This document shows positions 19,453-30,330 of a stretch of DNA of 64,000 nt, piece after piece; position 1 is the first letter of the stretch; each line of letters starts with the position of its first letter. The translations under genes and the position numbers were made by a program. The stretch is from assembly GCA_036267495.1 (NCBI GenBank), contig DATAVY010000146.1, positions 2,756-66,755 on the forward strand, read 5' to 3'. The notes under the pieces were generated by a model that searched no databases, was not told the origin of the DNA, and saw only the letters and a program-made list of their open reading frames with translations. Source of the DNA: Edaphobacter sp. GTDB taxonomy: Bacteria > Acidobacteriota > Terriglobia > Terriglobales > Acidobacteriaceae.

Positions 19453-20105
19453 GAAGAAAAATTCAACTTCCTATAATATTCAGGCTTTCAGGCTAACCCG
19501 GAACCCAAATGAAGATAACCTCGTCCTTCATGCAAGGCTTGGGTAAAAGAATTTGTTTTTATAGAAAAGGAATTGCGATCTTGACGCGTTTTCCAAGAGG
19601 GCAGGCTCAATTACGCGCGCTTGAATGAGTCATTCGTTCAAGAGCACGCACATTGCAGGGAATGTCATTTGCCTGCGCTAATACGTTTGAGCGGGCTGCT
19701 TTTCGAGGATGACGCGACGCCTTACTCCGAACTACGGAGGCGGGTTCGAGCCATTCTTACCCATGGCACCAAAAGCCGGACGCATGAGGGATTTTTCCGA
19801 TTGCCTACGCCGCGGGAACTCACTCAAAACTCTAGCCACTTGCGCCTGGGTCTGTTATGCCGGCGATTCAGGCCTGAACTAACGGCATACCGAACTCTCG
19901 ACATGCACTTCATGCCGCGTCTGGGAGTTCGCTTTGGAACGGTCTCTCCTTTTCGGCGACTACCAATCGATCACGACCGTTGCCTTACGGTTCCCGGCGA
20001 CCGCACCTGCGCAGTCTCCAAAATAGACAGAAGCGTCGGCAGAACAAACATCATCCTAAGAATAAGGTTTTTCAGGAAAAAGGAAGAATACGCCTCAAAC
20101 GGGGG

Positions 20106-22901
20106 ATGGCCGCAATCGTACCAATCCGAGGACTCCATTCGATGCCGTCGTCAGCACGTGCCGCCCTGCTTGGGTTGCTGTCCTGCCTGTATCTTCCGTT
20201 TGCCACCGCGCAAACTCCGATACCACGGGTCGGCGGCGAAATAAAGCTTCAGGTGAAAGACCCCTCCGGCGCTGCCTTGAGGGCGACTGGCATCCTGACC
20301 GGGTCGCATACCAGCCGCAGCTTCCAGACGGACGCAACGGGCATGGTCTCATTGAGCGATCTGGCATTTGGCACCTATCACCTGGAGATTTCGAGCCGTG
20401 GTTTTACTTCCAGGGTGCTGACGGTCGATGTGAGATCGGTTTCGCCTGTATTCCGAGCGGTCACACTCTCAATTCAGATGGCCACGACGAACGTCATGGT
20501 TTTTTCGGTCACGCCGATTGGTGAGGCCAGCCAACCTGGCGATCAGATTCCAGTCCCGGTGCAAGGACTCACGGACAAGAATCTGGAGGACAGCAATGCG
20601 CTCGACCTAGCGGATCTAATGTCCAGGCGTCTCACCGGCGTCTATGTGAATGAGAACGCGGGCAATCCATTCCAGCCAGATATCAACTATCGCGGCTATA
20701 CAGCCTCGCCGCTGTTGGGAACGCCGGAAGGCCTCTCTGTCTATGTAGATGGAGTGCGTCAGAACCAGCCGTTCGGGGATATCGTGTCGTGGGACTTGAT
20801 TCCTAAAGTGGCGATCCGCGATATGGCGCTGATACCCGGCTCTGATCCCATCTATGGACTGAATACACTGGGCGGCGCTGTTTCTGTCGAGACAAAAAAC
20901 GGGCTGACTGGTCCAGGCGGCTCTGTGCAGATCACAGGCGGAAAGTTCGGACGCCGAGCCGGCGAAGGGGAAGTGGGCGGTGTTTTGCCGCATGGATTCA
21001 ACTACTATGTCGCTGGAAATCTGTATCGGGAAGACGGTTGGCGACAATACTCTCCGTCTGAAGTGCGGCAGTCCTTTGCGAAGATCGGATGGACGGATGC
21101 AAAGACGAGTGTCTACCTGAGTGGAGCCTACGCGAACAACTGGATGACCGGAAACGGGACATCCGACTTCCGTTTCCTGAACGTGGACTACTCCTCCGTC
21201 AACACCATTCCTGATGTGACATTGAATCGCTCGCCTTCACTGACCTTCAACGTGAGTCGCGCTCTCACGAACACTATCGCCCTATCCGGTAACGCCTACT
21301 ATCGCTATGTGCGGGCTGACAGCTCGAATGGTGATTTGAATGATGACTCGTTTGACCAGAGCCTTTACAACCTGAGCGCGGCTGATGTTGCCGCTCTTAC
21401 CGCCGCCGGCTACACAAACTTTCCTGTGACGGGAGACGCTGCCACCGAACCCTTCCCCTATTGGAGTTGCATTGCGCAGGTACTCGAAAACAACACGGGG
21501 GGCGAGCCCTCTGAGAAGTGCAATGGCGTCATCACTCGAACCACGGACAAGCAAAACAGCTATGGCCTTTCCGGACTAGTCACATGGAAGACAAAGAACA
21601 ATTTGTTGTCGGCAGGCGCGGGATGGGATCGAGGCACATCTACTTATAATCAGCTCACCCAACTTGGATATCTGAATTCAGATAACGTCTCCTTCACCCT
21701 GGTACCGGCCTATCTCAACGGCAGCACATTCTCCGACGGGAATCCAGTAGATACCCAGGTGCTCCTGCACGGAACTGTGGGTACGCCCAGCATCTACGCC
21801 ACCGATACATTTACCTGGGGAGCGTGGGCGGTCACGCTCTCCGGACGGTACAATCACACCTCGTTGGACAACCTCGATTACCTTCCTCCCTCCCCGGCCC
21901 GGGGCAATCTCACCAGCACGAATGTCTTCCAGCGATTCAATCCTGCAGCAGGGTTCACGTATCGTCCCTCTCGCTTTTTCGATATTTACTTCGACTACAG
22001 TGAGGCCAGCCGCGCACCGACATCGATCGAACTTGGCTGCGCCGATCCAGATCAGCCATGCAACCTGCCGAATGCTCTGGTGAGCGATCCACCGCTGAAG
22101 CAGGTAGTCTCGCGAACATTTGAAGCCGGCATTCGCAGCAACGACACCGGTTCCTTGCATTGGAACGCCGATACCTTTTTTGGGCAGAACTACGATGACC
22201 TGCTCTTTGTGGCATCACAACGGACCGGTTTCGGATATTTCCTGAACTTCGGCAAGACGAGGAGAGATGGGCTGGAATTGGAGTTTGCCCAGGACTGGCG
22301 GCGTTGGAGCGTGGGCGGCAACTACACGTTTCTGAATGCGACGTATCAAAGCTCGCAGATAGTCGATGGAGCGAGCAACAGCACCAACAGCAGCGCACTG
22401 GCTGGAATGCCTGGCATCGACGACAACATTCATCTCATTCCCGGCGACTTCATTCCTCAGGTGCCGCGCAATTTATTCAAACTCTATGGTCAATATCATC
22501 CGTCTCCAAAGTTGACCGCCGAGATGGACGTCCTCGCGGCCGGTTCGTCCTTCGCACGGGGTAATGAGAACAATCTCGACCGGCCGGATGGTGTCTTCTA
22601 CTTAGGTTCCGGCAAATCGGCGGGCTACGGGATTGCAGATCTTGGAGCGCGGTACCAGATCGCCGTACGCATCCAACTTTTTGTGCAGTGCAATAATCTG
22701 CTGGATAAGCACTATGCAACGGGCGCGCAACTTGGTACGACGCCCTTCGATAATGGCAACCATTTTGTTGCCCGGCCATTCGGAACGCCGTACGGCAATG
22801 GTGATGGACAGATTCCGATTCGCAGCTCGACTTTCCTGGCTCCAGGAACGCCCTTCAACGTATATGGCGGGTTAAAAGTGACGTTATGGGGAAAGAAATA
22901 G
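20106..22901 (+). CDS. TonB-dependent receptor, LutH/LanA-like (candidate lanthanide uptake)
   Basis: Plug motif GNPFQPDINYRGYTASPLLGTPEGLSVYVDGVRQNQPFGDIVSWDLIP and SRAPTSIELGCADPDQPCNLPN..DPPLKQVV resemble, from memory, methylotroph LutH-type receptors. Substrate is inferred. Confidence 0.75.
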   Translation: MAAIVPIRGLHSMPSSARAALLGLLSCLYLPFATAQTPIPRVGGEIKLQVKDPSGAALRATGILTGSHTSRSFQTDATGMVSLSDLAFGTYHLEISSRGFTSRVLTVDVRSVSPVFRAVTLSIQMATTNVMVFSVTPIGEASQPGDQIPVPVQGLTDKNLEDSNALDLADLMSRRLTGVYVNENAGNPFQPDINYRGYTASPLLGTPEGLSVYVDGVRQNQPFGDIVSWDLIPKVAIRDMALIPGSDPIYGLNTLGGAVSVETKNGLTGPGGSVQITGGKFGRRAGEGEVGGVLPHGFNYYVAGNLYREDGWRQYSPSEVRQSFAKIGWTDAKTSVYLSGAYANNWMTGNGTSDFRFLNVDYSSVNTIPDVTLNRSPSLTFNVSRALTNTIALSGNAYYRYVRADSSNGDLNDDSFDQSLYNLSAADVAALTAAGYTNFPVTGDAATEPFPYWSCIAQVLENNTGGEPSEKCNGVITRTTDKQNSYGLSGLVTWKTKNNLLSAGAGWDRGTSTYNQLTQLGYLNSDNVSFTLVPAYLNGSTFSDGNPVDTQVLLHGTVGTPSIYATDTFTWGAWAVTLSGRYNHTSLDNLDYLPPSPARGNLTSTNVFQRFNPAAGFTYRPSRFFDIYFDYSEASRAPTSIELGCADPDQPCNLPNALVSDPPLKQVVSRTFEAGIRSNDTGSLHWNADTFFGQNYDDLLFVASQRTGFGYFLNFGKTRRDGLELEFAQDWRRWSVGGNYTFLNATYQSSQIVDGASNSTNSSALAGMPGIDDNIHLIPGDFIPQVPRNLFKLYGQYHPSPKLTAEMDVLAAGSSFARGNENNLDRPDGVFYLGSGKSAGYGIADLGARYQIAVRIQLFVQCNNLLDKHYATGAQLGTTPFDNGNHFVARPFGTPYGNGDGQIPIRSSTFLAPGTPFNVYGGLKVTLWGKK

Positions 22902-23152
22902 CCGCCCAAATCCGCAGGTCGAGCTCAGCCGGTCAAATTGCCACGATGCTGAGTGAGGCGCTTCGAGCATGATTTTGCGGTTCGCCAGGTTGCCTGATCC
23001 TGGCCGGTAACACTCAGCGCACTTTGCGCATCCTAGGAGAACGGCACGCAATGTTGTTCTGCCGGGAGTGCTTGGACCTCACTCGGAGTTCGGCGAGCCG
23101 ATCCGAAGCGACAGGTCTGCGATCAGCTTGCAATTCAACCATCGAGGTTTGT

Positions 23153-23944
23153 ATGACAGACAAATTGGCGTTAGTGACTGGAGCATCCAGCGGAATTGGA
23201 TATTGGCTTGCGCGGGAGCTGGCGAGTCGGGGGTATGACCTTGTCGTTTGTTCGGCGGGCGAGCGACTGGACAGCGCGGCGGATGATTTTCGAACATTCG
23301 GAGTCTCCGTCACCGCGGTGCCATCGGATCTGGCGACTCGCGAGGGCGTGGGCGAGTTGTGGCAGGCAGTGATGGAACTTGGCCGTCCTGTCGATGTTGC
23401 CTGCATCAACGCAGGCATTGGCGTCGGCGGGCTGTTCGCAGAGACGGACCTGGATACCGAGCTCAAGATGGTTGAACTTAACTGTGTCGGGGTTGTGCAT
23501 CTCGCCAAGCATCTTGTAAAGCACATGACAGCGCTCAACGTGGGCAAGATTCTTATCACTTCTTCGATCGCGGGCGAGATGGTGGCGCCACGCGAAGCCG
23601 TCTATGCCGCAACCAAAGCATTCGATCTCTCGTTTGCCCACAGCTTGCGGTATGAGCTTCGCGATACCGGAGTCGGCGTGACCGCTCTGCAGCCTGGTCC
23701 CACGGATACGGACTTCTTCCATCGCGCTGGGATGGACAATACGCAGACCGGCACCGAAGGCAAGCACGAGAGCCAGCCTGAGGATGTGGCGCGACAGGGT
23801 CTCGATGCCTTGTTTTCCGGCAAAGACCATGTCTATGCTGCTTCTTTCAAGACCAAGATGGAAGGCATGCTGGCTAACGCCGTTCCCGGCGCGGTCAAAG
23901 GCGCGATGCACGAGAAGATGGCGAAGCCCCTGAACGAAAAGTAG
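23153..23944 (+). CDS. Short-chain dehydrogenase/reductase
   Basis: TGASSGIG, NAG, YAATK. Confidence 0.92.
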   Translation: MTDKLALVTGASSGIGYWLARELASRGYDLVVCSAGERLDSAADDFRTFGVSVTAVPSDLATREGVGELWQAVMELGRPVDVACINAGIGVGGLFAETDLDTELKMVELNCVGVVHLAKHLVKHMTALNVGKILITSSIAGEMVAPREAVYAATKAFDLSFAHSLRYELRDTGVGVTALQPGPTDTDFFHRAGMDNTQTGTEGKHESQPEDVARQGLDALFSGKDHVYAASFKTKMEGMLANAVPGAVKGAMHEKMAKPLNEK

Positions 23945-23984
23945 TCCAACGCTCGAGAGTGCAGAAGCAACCTGAGGATTCCTT

Positions 23985-24659
23985 ATGACGGCACTTGCAG
24001 AATCACCCAAAGCGGAAGGGCTGCCGCGCGAAGGCGGCGCAGCTTCCCTGTTGAACGGACACTATGCCCCCCGTCCCGCGGATCATGATGGAAAGACCTG
24101 GATCCGTACCAGCGTCATTGTGCAGGCGCATCCACGCAAGCTGTACGAGATGTGGAGCGACGTGGAAGCCGCTCCGGCCTGGCACGAGCGGATCGTCGAT
24201 GTTCGGAAGACCGGCCCCAACACCTCTCACTGGGTGATGCGGGATGAACCTGGCGACAATCTTCTCGAATGGGATTTCGAGATTCTTGCCGATGAACCCG
24301 AGAAGCGTATCGCGTGGCGTTCGATCTCCGGCGACCCCGAGAGTGCAGGCGAGGTCATCTTCGAACCTGCGCCGGCGGGACGCGGCACGATGGTGACGGT
24401 TCTGGAGCAGTTTCGTATGGGCAAGCTCGCCCGCGTGTGGGAGACGATCACGGGCCGTGATCCGAAGCAGTCGGTTGTCGAGAATCTGCGTCACTTCAAG
24501 GCGTTGGCCGAAACCGGCGAAATTCCGCGTATCGAACCGCAACCGCATGGTGAGCGCGGCGCAACGGGAGGAGCCAAGCGCTCTCTTTACGGGGAGGAGA
24601 TCCAAACCCCTCCGGGCACGCCGGCGGCGAAGACAACAACCGAACATGGAGCGAGGTAG
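23985..24659 (+). CDS. SRPBCC (polyketide cyclase-like) protein
   Basis: [42 protein letters not shown]. Confidence 0.85.
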   Translation: MTALAESPKAEGLPREGGAASLLNGHYAPRPADHDGKTWIRTSVIVQAHPRKLYEMWSDVEAAPAWHERIVDVRKTGPNTSHWVMRDEPGDNLLEWDFEILADEPEKRIAWRSISGDPESAGEVIFEPAPAGRGTMVTVLEQFRMGKLARVWETITGRDPKQSVVENLRHFKALAETGEIPRIEPQPHGERGATGGAKRSLYGEEIQTPPGTPAAKTTTEHGAR

Positions 24660-24661
24660 CC

Positions 24662-25864
24662 ATGAAAGCTGTTTGCTGGATGGGAAAGAACAAGGTAGAG
24701 ACACAAACTGTCGACGACCCGCAGTTGCTCAATCCGCACGATGCAATTATCAAAGTCACGCGGACAGCGATCTGCGGCTCCGACCTGCACCTCTTTGACG
24801 GCTTCATCCCCACCATGGAACAGGGCGACATTCTGGGCCATGAGTTCATGGGCATCGTGGAGGAGGTGGGCTCCGCGGTAGACAACCTGAAACGTGGAGA
24901 CCGCGTGGTCGTCCCCTTTACCATTGCGTGTGGCCAGTGCCTTTTTTGCAGGAAGAAGATATGGGCCGCCTGCGATAACAGCAATCCCAATGCTCATCTG
25001 ATGGAAGCGGCGTATGGATATTCCGGATCGGGCCTCTTCGGCTATTCGCACATGATGGGTGGCTATGCCGGCGGTCAGGCACAGTACGTGCGAGTTCCGT
25101 TTGCAAACGTGGGGCCGCTGAAGATTGAGAACGACCTCTCCGATGAGAAGGTCCTCTTTCTCTCTGACGTCTTCCCCACCGGCTACATGGCAGCGGAGAA
25201 TGCGCAAATTCAGGAAGGGGATACGGTGGCTGTGTGGGGAGCTGGCCCAGTGGGCCAGTTCTGCATCGCCAGTGCGTTCATGCTGGGCGCCGCTCGGGTG
25301 ATAGCCATCGACCGCATTCCGGAACGGCTCGGCCTGGCGCGTTCCATTGGAGCGATCACGGTGGATTACTCGCAGGATGACGTGAGCGTGCTTGCCGCAC
25401 TGAAGGACCTTACCGGAGGCGTCGGGCCCGACGCCTGCATTGATGCAGTCGGCTTGGAGGCCCACATGGGAGACCTGCAGGGTCTGTACGACACGGTAAA
25501 AGTGGCTCTCATGCTGGAGACAGATCGCTCCGGAGTTCTGCGGCAGGCTATCCAGGCAGTCCGAAAAGGTGGGACGCTGTCCATCCCCGGAGTGTATGGC
25601 GGAATGCTCGACAAGGTGCCCTTTGGAGCCGCGTTTGGCAAAGGCATCACGATGAAGATGGGCCAAACCAACATGCACAACTACATGAAGCCTCTGCTGG
25701 AGCGCATCGAGAAGGGACAGATCGATCCCACGTACATCATCTCTCATCGCATCACGTTGGAGGAAGCTCCCCGAATGTATGAGGTGTGGCGCGACAAGAA
25801 AGAAAACGTCACGAAGATCGTAATCGATCCGTGGGCTGAGAAAGGGGCTGAGAAGGCCGCCTGA
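24662..25864 (+). CDS. Zn-dependent alcohol/formaldehyde dehydrogenase-like protein (YbdR-type MDR)
   Basis: ICGSDLH, GHEFMG, structural Zn Cys [23 protein letters not shown]. Confidence 0.9.
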   Translation: MKAVCWMGKNKVETQTVDDPQLLNPHDAIIKVTRTAICGSDLHLFDGFIPTMEQGDILGHEFMGIVEEVGSAVDNLKRGDRVVVPFTIACGQCLFCRKKIWAACDNSNPNAHLMEAAYGYSGSGLFGYSHMMGGYAGGQAQYVRVPFANVGPLKIENDLSDEKVLFLSDVFPTGYMAAENAQIQEGDTVAVWGAGPVGQFCIASAFMLGAARVIAIDRIPERLGLARSIGAITVDYSQDDVSVLAALKDLTGGVGPDACIDAVGLEAHMGDLQGLYDTVKVALMLETDRSGVLRQAIQAVRKGGTLSIPGVYGGMLDKVPFGAAFGKGITMKMGQTNMHNYMKPLLERIEKGQIDPTYIISHRITLEEAPRMYEVWRDKKENVTKIVIDPWAEKGAEKAA

Positions 25865-25893
25865 TTCCGCTCGGACATGCAGATACTTAAGCT

Positions 25894-25923
25894 GGAGGCC
25901 GCTCTGATAGAGCGGCCTTCTTG
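25894..25923 (+). terminator. Probable terminator hairpin
   Basis: GGAGGCCGCTCT-GAT-AGAGCGGCCTTC then TT, 30 nt after the stop; weak U tail. Confidence 0.6.
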
Positions 25924-26164
25924 CGATCCGAAAGAGTTCAGGTGTTGCTCACGCTGATCGTTTCGCCTGCTCTCTGACATCAGCAGCGATAGAAGCATTC
26001 TCCAATTTCACGGCACCGTGTTTGAGCGCGGCAGAGAGACAAGCAACTCTGATGCAAACCGCGCCATCAACATTTGATGCGCTCGAAAAACTGTGGCGGT
26101 CTAATGCCGCGGCTATGGGATTTGGTTTGACGTGTTTCACGTTCCTTTGCAGAAGTGGCAAGAG

Positions 26165-28015
26165 ATGGCTTATGGGGTTCGCACAGCAGAGAAACCACGC
26201 GCCAATTGGACCATCGTCCTCGGCCTGATGGTGTTGTGTGTTTCGGGATGCCGCCAGACCCATCCGGGAGAATCCCCAGCCCAGAGGGGCGGCGCTCTGC
26301 GCTCCTATGACGGGCAATTAGAGCAAGACGACGGCCAGTGGCTGCGCGCTACCAAGGACTATGCCAATACCCGGTTCAGTTCGCTGGACCAGATCAATCA
26401 GGGCGACGTAGCGCAGTTGCGGCCGGCGTTTACATTTTCGACGGGTGTCGACCATGGGCAGGAGGCGGCTCCAATTGTGGCTAACGGCACAATGTATATT
26501 GCGACTCCCTGGCCGAATATTCTGTATGCGCTCGATCTTACGAAGGCCGGTGCTCCTCTGAAGTGGAAGTACGAGCCGAATCCTTCGCCCGCCGCTAAAG
26601 GAGAAGCTTGCTGCGACCTGGTGACGCGGGGAGCTGTCTATGACGGCGGTAAAGTCTTTTTTAATACGCTGGACGGTTACACGCTGGCGCTTGATGCCGA
26701 CACGGGCAAATTGCTGTGGAGGACACATCTCGCCGACATCACGAAGGGCGAGACGATCACCATGGCGCCGGTGGTGGTCAAGAATCATGTGTTGGTTGGC
26801 GACTCGGGCGGTGAGTTCGGCGTGCGCGGCTGGCTGGCCGCATTGGATACCAGTTCCGGCAAGGTGGCGTGGAAGACGTTCAACACAGGGCCGGATAAAG
26901 ACGTCCTGATTGGCCCGAGGTTCAAGCCCTTCTATGCCAGCGACCGAGGAACAGACCTTGGGGTGAAGAGCTGGCCGCCCGATGCGTGGCGAGTGGGCGG
27001 CGGAACAGTCTGGGGCTTTCTCGCCTACGATCCGACGCTGAATCTCATCTATTACGGTACAGCGAACCCTGGGCCATGGAATAGTGAGGTTCGGCCCGGC
27101 GACAATAAGTGGACTTCCGGCATGTTCGCGCGTGATCCGGATACAGGTGAGGCGGTTTGGTTTTACCAGATGTCGCCGCATGATCTCTTCGACTGGGATG
27201 GCATCAACGAAGACATTCTCCTCGATCTTCCCATCAATGGTCAGACGCGTAAGGTTCTCGTTCGTCCGGACCGTAACGGTTTTATCTACGTCATCGATCG
27301 CGCGACCGGCGAGGTTATTTCCGCGACCCCCTATGTGCAAAGCACCACGACGACAGGTGTCGATCTCAAGACAGGGCGTCTGCAGCGTGTAGCCGACAAA
27401 ACTCCGCGCACTGGGCAGGTGATTCGCGACATCTGCCCGATGGCTCCAGGAGCGAAGGATTGGCAGCCCTCTTCTTTCTCGCCGCGCACGGGGCTGGTGT
27501 ACATCCCTCACGAGAACATGTGCATGGATGAGGAAGGTACAGAGGCAAATTACATTGCGGGAACACCCTACGTGGGAGCGTCCGTCCAGTATTATCCCGG
27601 CCCGGGCGGCAATATGGGCGAGCTGCTGGCCTGGGACCCGATTCACGCGAAATCTGTCTGGAGCATCAAGGACAAATATCCCATCTGGAGTGGCACCCTG
27701 AGCACGGCTGGGGACCTGGTCTTCTTCGGAACGATGGATGGCTGGTTCAAGGCGGCGGATGCGAAGACGGGAAAGATATTGTGGCAGTTTAAACTCGACT
27801 CGGGCATTATCGGCCAACCGGTGAGCTATCGCGGTCCCGATGGGAAACAGTACATTGCGATTCTGTCGGGGATCGGTGGCTGGCCCGGCTCGATCGTCTC
27901 CGCAAAGCTGGATACTCGCGATGGAACCGCAGCCAATGGCTGGGGCAAAGCGCTTCCCAACATTCGCAATGAGGTGACGGCAGGAGGGACCTTGTATGTC
28001 TTCTCTCTTCCGTAA
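26165..28015 (+). CDS. xoxF: Lanthanide-type PQQ-dependent methanol/alcohol dehydrogenase (XoxF, probably XoxF3 clade), predicted lipoprotein
   Basis: ACCDLVTRG vicinal Cys; metal ligands GGEFG and GTANPGPWN; PHDLFDWDGINE with the second, lanthanide-diagnostic Asp; GIGGW; lipobox CVSG-C. Confidence 0.88.
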   Translation: MAYGVRTAEKPRANWTIVLGLMVLCVSGCRQTHPGESPAQRGGALRSYDGQLEQDDGQWLRATKDYANTRFSSLDQINQGDVAQLRPAFTFSTGVDHGQEAAPIVANGTMYIATPWPNILYALDLTKAGAPLKWKYEPNPSPAAKGEACCDLVTRGAVYDGGKVFFNTLDGYTLALDADTGKLLWRTHLADITKGETITMAPVVVKNHVLVGDSGGEFGVRGWLAALDTSSGKVAWKTFNTGPDKDVLIGPRFKPFYASDRGTDLGVKSWPPDAWRVGGGTVWGFLAYDPTLNLIYYGTANPGPWNSEVRPGDNKWTSGMFARDPDTGEAVWFYQMSPHDLFDWDGINEDILLDLPINGQTRKVLVRPDRNGFIYVIDRATGEVISATPYVQSTTTTGVDLKTGRLQRVADKTPRTGQVIRDICPMAPGAKDWQPSSFSPRTGLVYIPHENMCMDEEGTEANYIAGTPYVGASVQYYPGPGGNMGELLAWDPIHAKSVWSIKDKYPIWSGTLSTAGDLVFFGTMDGWFKAADAKTGKILWQFKLDSGIIGQPVSYRGPDGKQYIAILSGIGGWPGSIVSAKLDTRDGTAANGWGKALPNIRNEVTAGGTLYVFSLP

Positions 28016-28790
28016 ATTTTGCTTTTCAGCTCTGCTTCTGTCGTGCAGTGCTGCATTTGCGCAAGCGCCGTTGCGCGTTTGCTCCGACCCCGACGACTTG
28101 CCTTTCTCCAATTCCTCCCGCAGTGGGTTCGATAACCAGATTGCTGAAGTTCTGGCACACGATCTTCACCGCCCGGTGGTTTTCGTGTGGGCACGAGCTC
28201 GCCGCGGATTTCTACGTGAGCGTTTCAATAAGGGCGCCTGCGACATGCTGATGGGCGTTCCGGACGGAATGAAACATGTACGAACGACGATTCCGTACTA
28301 TCGCTCAAGCTACGTCTTCGTCACTCGACGAAGTGACGAGCTTCATCTGACGCGGTTTGATGACCCCGCCATCGGTCGACAGAGGATTGGTCTCCAGATT
28401 CTCGAAGAGGACTTTTCGCCGCCATCGCTGCCGCTCATACGGTCGGGCCACGCCGCGCAATTCGTGGGCTTCGACTCTTTCGGCCAGGGTGGCGATGAGA
28501 TCGTACGGGCGGTGGCCGACAAACGCGTCGGTTTCTCCGTCGTGTGGGGACCGCTGGCTGGATATTACGCAATCCGGCAACGCGTGCCGCTCGCCCTCTC
28601 GCCGGTAAAGCCTGCTGTCGATGCTGCGGGTATCCCGTTCTCGTTTGCCATCGCCATCGCCGTCCATAGCAACGACAGTGCGCTCGCCGATGCATTGAAT
28701 GGCGCGATTCGCCGGAATCAGAGCAGGATTCGGGCCATTCTGAAGGAGTATCACGTTCCATTGGAGACGAAGGAAGAGGGTGCCTTGTGA
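27996..28790 (+). CDS. xoxJ: MxaJ/XoxJ-family periplasmic binding protein
   Basis: LRVCSDPDDLPFSN, PYYRSSYVFV, VWGPLAGY; overlaps the xoxF stop. Confidence 0.88.
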   Translation: MSSLFRKFCFSALLLSCSAAFAQAPLRVCSDPDDLPFSNSSRSGFDNQIAEVLAHDLHRPVVFVWARARRGFLRERFNKGACDMLMGVPDGMKHVRTTIPYYRSSYVFVTRRSDELHLTRFDDPAIGRQRIGLQILEEDFSPPSLPLIRSGHAAQFVGFDSFGQGGDEIVRAVADKRVGFSVVWGPLAGYYAIRQRVPLALSPVKPAVDAAGIPFSFAIAIAVHSNDSALADALNGAIRRNQSRIRAILKEYHVPLETKEEGAL

Positions 28791-29338
28791 CCACCTCCTG
28801 GAAGCCGGGATTCGTATTGCTTCTGATCTTCTCCACCGGCTGCAAGCGCGAACATCGTGTCTTCGATCCCGGCGTTGCGGGCGCCACTCCCGCCAACGGC
28901 ACAATATTGAACGAGGTCTCCGCCGGACAAAGGCCAGCACAGGGAGCGCCTCTCGCGTATCAACAGAGCGCCTATACGGTGGCCGAAGGCAAGAGACTTT
29001 ACCAGGCCTATAACTGTGTCGGATGTCATGCGCAAGGTGGCGGAGCCATTGGACCGGCACTGATGGACGCCGAATGGATTTATGGCAGTTCGCTGGAGCA
29101 GATTCATTCGACCATTGTTCAGGGACGCCCCAATGGGATGCCCAGCTTCGCCGGCAAGATTCCCGATTATCAGGTTTGGGAGATCGCAGCCTATGTACGT
29201 TCCATGAGCGGTCTTCTTCCCTCAGACGTTGCTCCGTCGCGCTCCGATCACATGCCTGCTTCCGTGCCGGAGGCTGCCAAGGAAAAAGAACATCCAGAAC
29301 AGGAAAACCAGCAGCCCGTCGAGGGTCCAAAGCCGTGA
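28787..29338 (+). CDS. Monoheme cytochrome c lipoprotein (XoxG-like acceptor)
   Basis: Lipobox FSTG-C, CVGCH, GPALMDAEWIYG, GMPSF. Confidence 0.85.
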   Translation: MTTSWKPGFVLLLIFSTGCKREHRVFDPGVAGATPANGTILNEVSAGQRPAQGAPLAYQQSAYTVAEGKRLYQAYNCVGCHAQGGGAIGPALMDAEWIYGSSLEQIHSTIVQGRPNGMPSFAGKIPDYQVWEIAAYVRSMSGLLPSDVAPSRSDHMPASVPEAAKEKEHPEQENQQPVEGPKP

Positions 29339-30330
29339 TCGCTTTACTCAGCGCCGTTCCCGGCTTCCGTGGTCCCCAAACACCGCTTGATCCGGCGGGA
29401 CCTCAGGCGCTTCACATTGAACACACGCTCTTCCTGATCTTCTGGATTACCTCCGTGGTGACCGTCGTCGTTCTGACGGTTCTTGCATTCGGCGTTCTTC
29501 GTCAACATGCCAAGGGTGAAATCCCGCCGCCGTTCGAAGTCGATCCACAGACAGAACGTCGGGCGACCTGGATAGTAGGCAGCGCAATCGGCGTCACCGT
29601 CATTCTGCTTTTCGTAATGATGATCTCGAGTTTTATCACCAGTCATCGAACTGCAGTTCTCGCCAACTCATCTGCACTGAAGATCAACGTGTATGGCCAT
29701 GAGTGGTGGTGGGAGATCGAATACCCAAATGAAGAACAGCCATATCGGATAGTCCGCACCGCCAATGAGATTCACGTCCCGGCGGGGACAATCGTCGACA
29801 TCCACGGCACCTCACGCGATGTCATCCACAGTTTCTGGGCTCCGAATATTCACGGCAAGAAAGATCTTTTACCCGGCTATTGGAACGATCTGACTGTGGA
29901 GGTGGATCACCCGGGCACCTGGCGGGGCCAGTGTGCGGAGTTCTGCGGGCTGCAGCACGCCCACATGGCATTCAACATCGTGGCTCAATCGCGTGAGGAC
30001 TTCAATAACTGGTATAACGCCCAGCTCAAGTCTGCCAGCGAGCCGCAGACGCCACAGGCAATTCACGGACGCGAAGTGTTTCTCTCGCATCCGTGCATGA
30101 TGTGTCACACCATTCGCGGGACTACGGCAAACTCGACCGTTGGTCCGGACCTGACGCATGTTGCGAGCCGGTCTATGATCGCCGCGGGTACATTGGTCAA
30201 CAACACGGGCAATCTGACCGGCTGGATCGCGAACGCACAAAGCATCAAACCCGGATGCCGCATGCCGCCCAACCCGATGGACGCGAATGATCTAAACGAC
30301 CTCGTGGCGTATGTCGAGAGCCTGCGATGA
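29335..30330 (+). CDS. coxB: Cytochrome c oxidase subunit II with fused cytochrome c (caa3 type)
   Basis: Two TMs, GHEWWW, DVIHSFW, CuA motif CAEFCGLQHAHM, heme motif CMMCH; GTG start overlaps the upstream TGA. Confidence 0.93.
   Translation: MIALLSAVPGFRGPQTPLDPAGPQALHIEHTLFLIFWITSVVTVVVLTVLAFGVLRQHAKGEIPPPFEVDPQTERRATWIVGSAIGVTVILLFVMMISSFITSHRTAVLANSSALKINVYGHEWWWEIEYPNEEQPYRIVRTANEIHVPAGTIVDIHGTSRDVIHSFWAPNIHGKKDLLPGYWNDLTVEVDHPGTWRGQCAEFCGLQHAHMAFNIVAQSREDFNNWYNAQLKSASEPQTPQAIHGREVFLSHPCMMCHTIRGTTANSTVGPDLTHVASRSMIAAGTLVNNTGNLTGWIANAQSIKPGCRMPPNPMDANDLNDLVAYVESLR

Noticed and set aside
19743-19771. GGTTCGAGCC...CACCA as a tRNA 3' remnant or att site
   Set aside because: No 5-bp T stem, wrong spacing to CCA, and no match to either tRNA in the window.
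19621-20244. 207-aa ORF in the inter-receptor gap
   Set aside because: TTG start, no clear RBS or family motif, and it overlaps the receptor start in another frame.
25865-26164. Hidden pqqA precursor peptide near xoxF
   Set aside because: No short ORF with an RBS and ExxxY motif was found by eye in this or neighbouring gaps.
26318-28111. 597-aa minus-strand ORF
   Set aside because: Shadow of xoxF, expected from GC-rich codon bias; no motifs.
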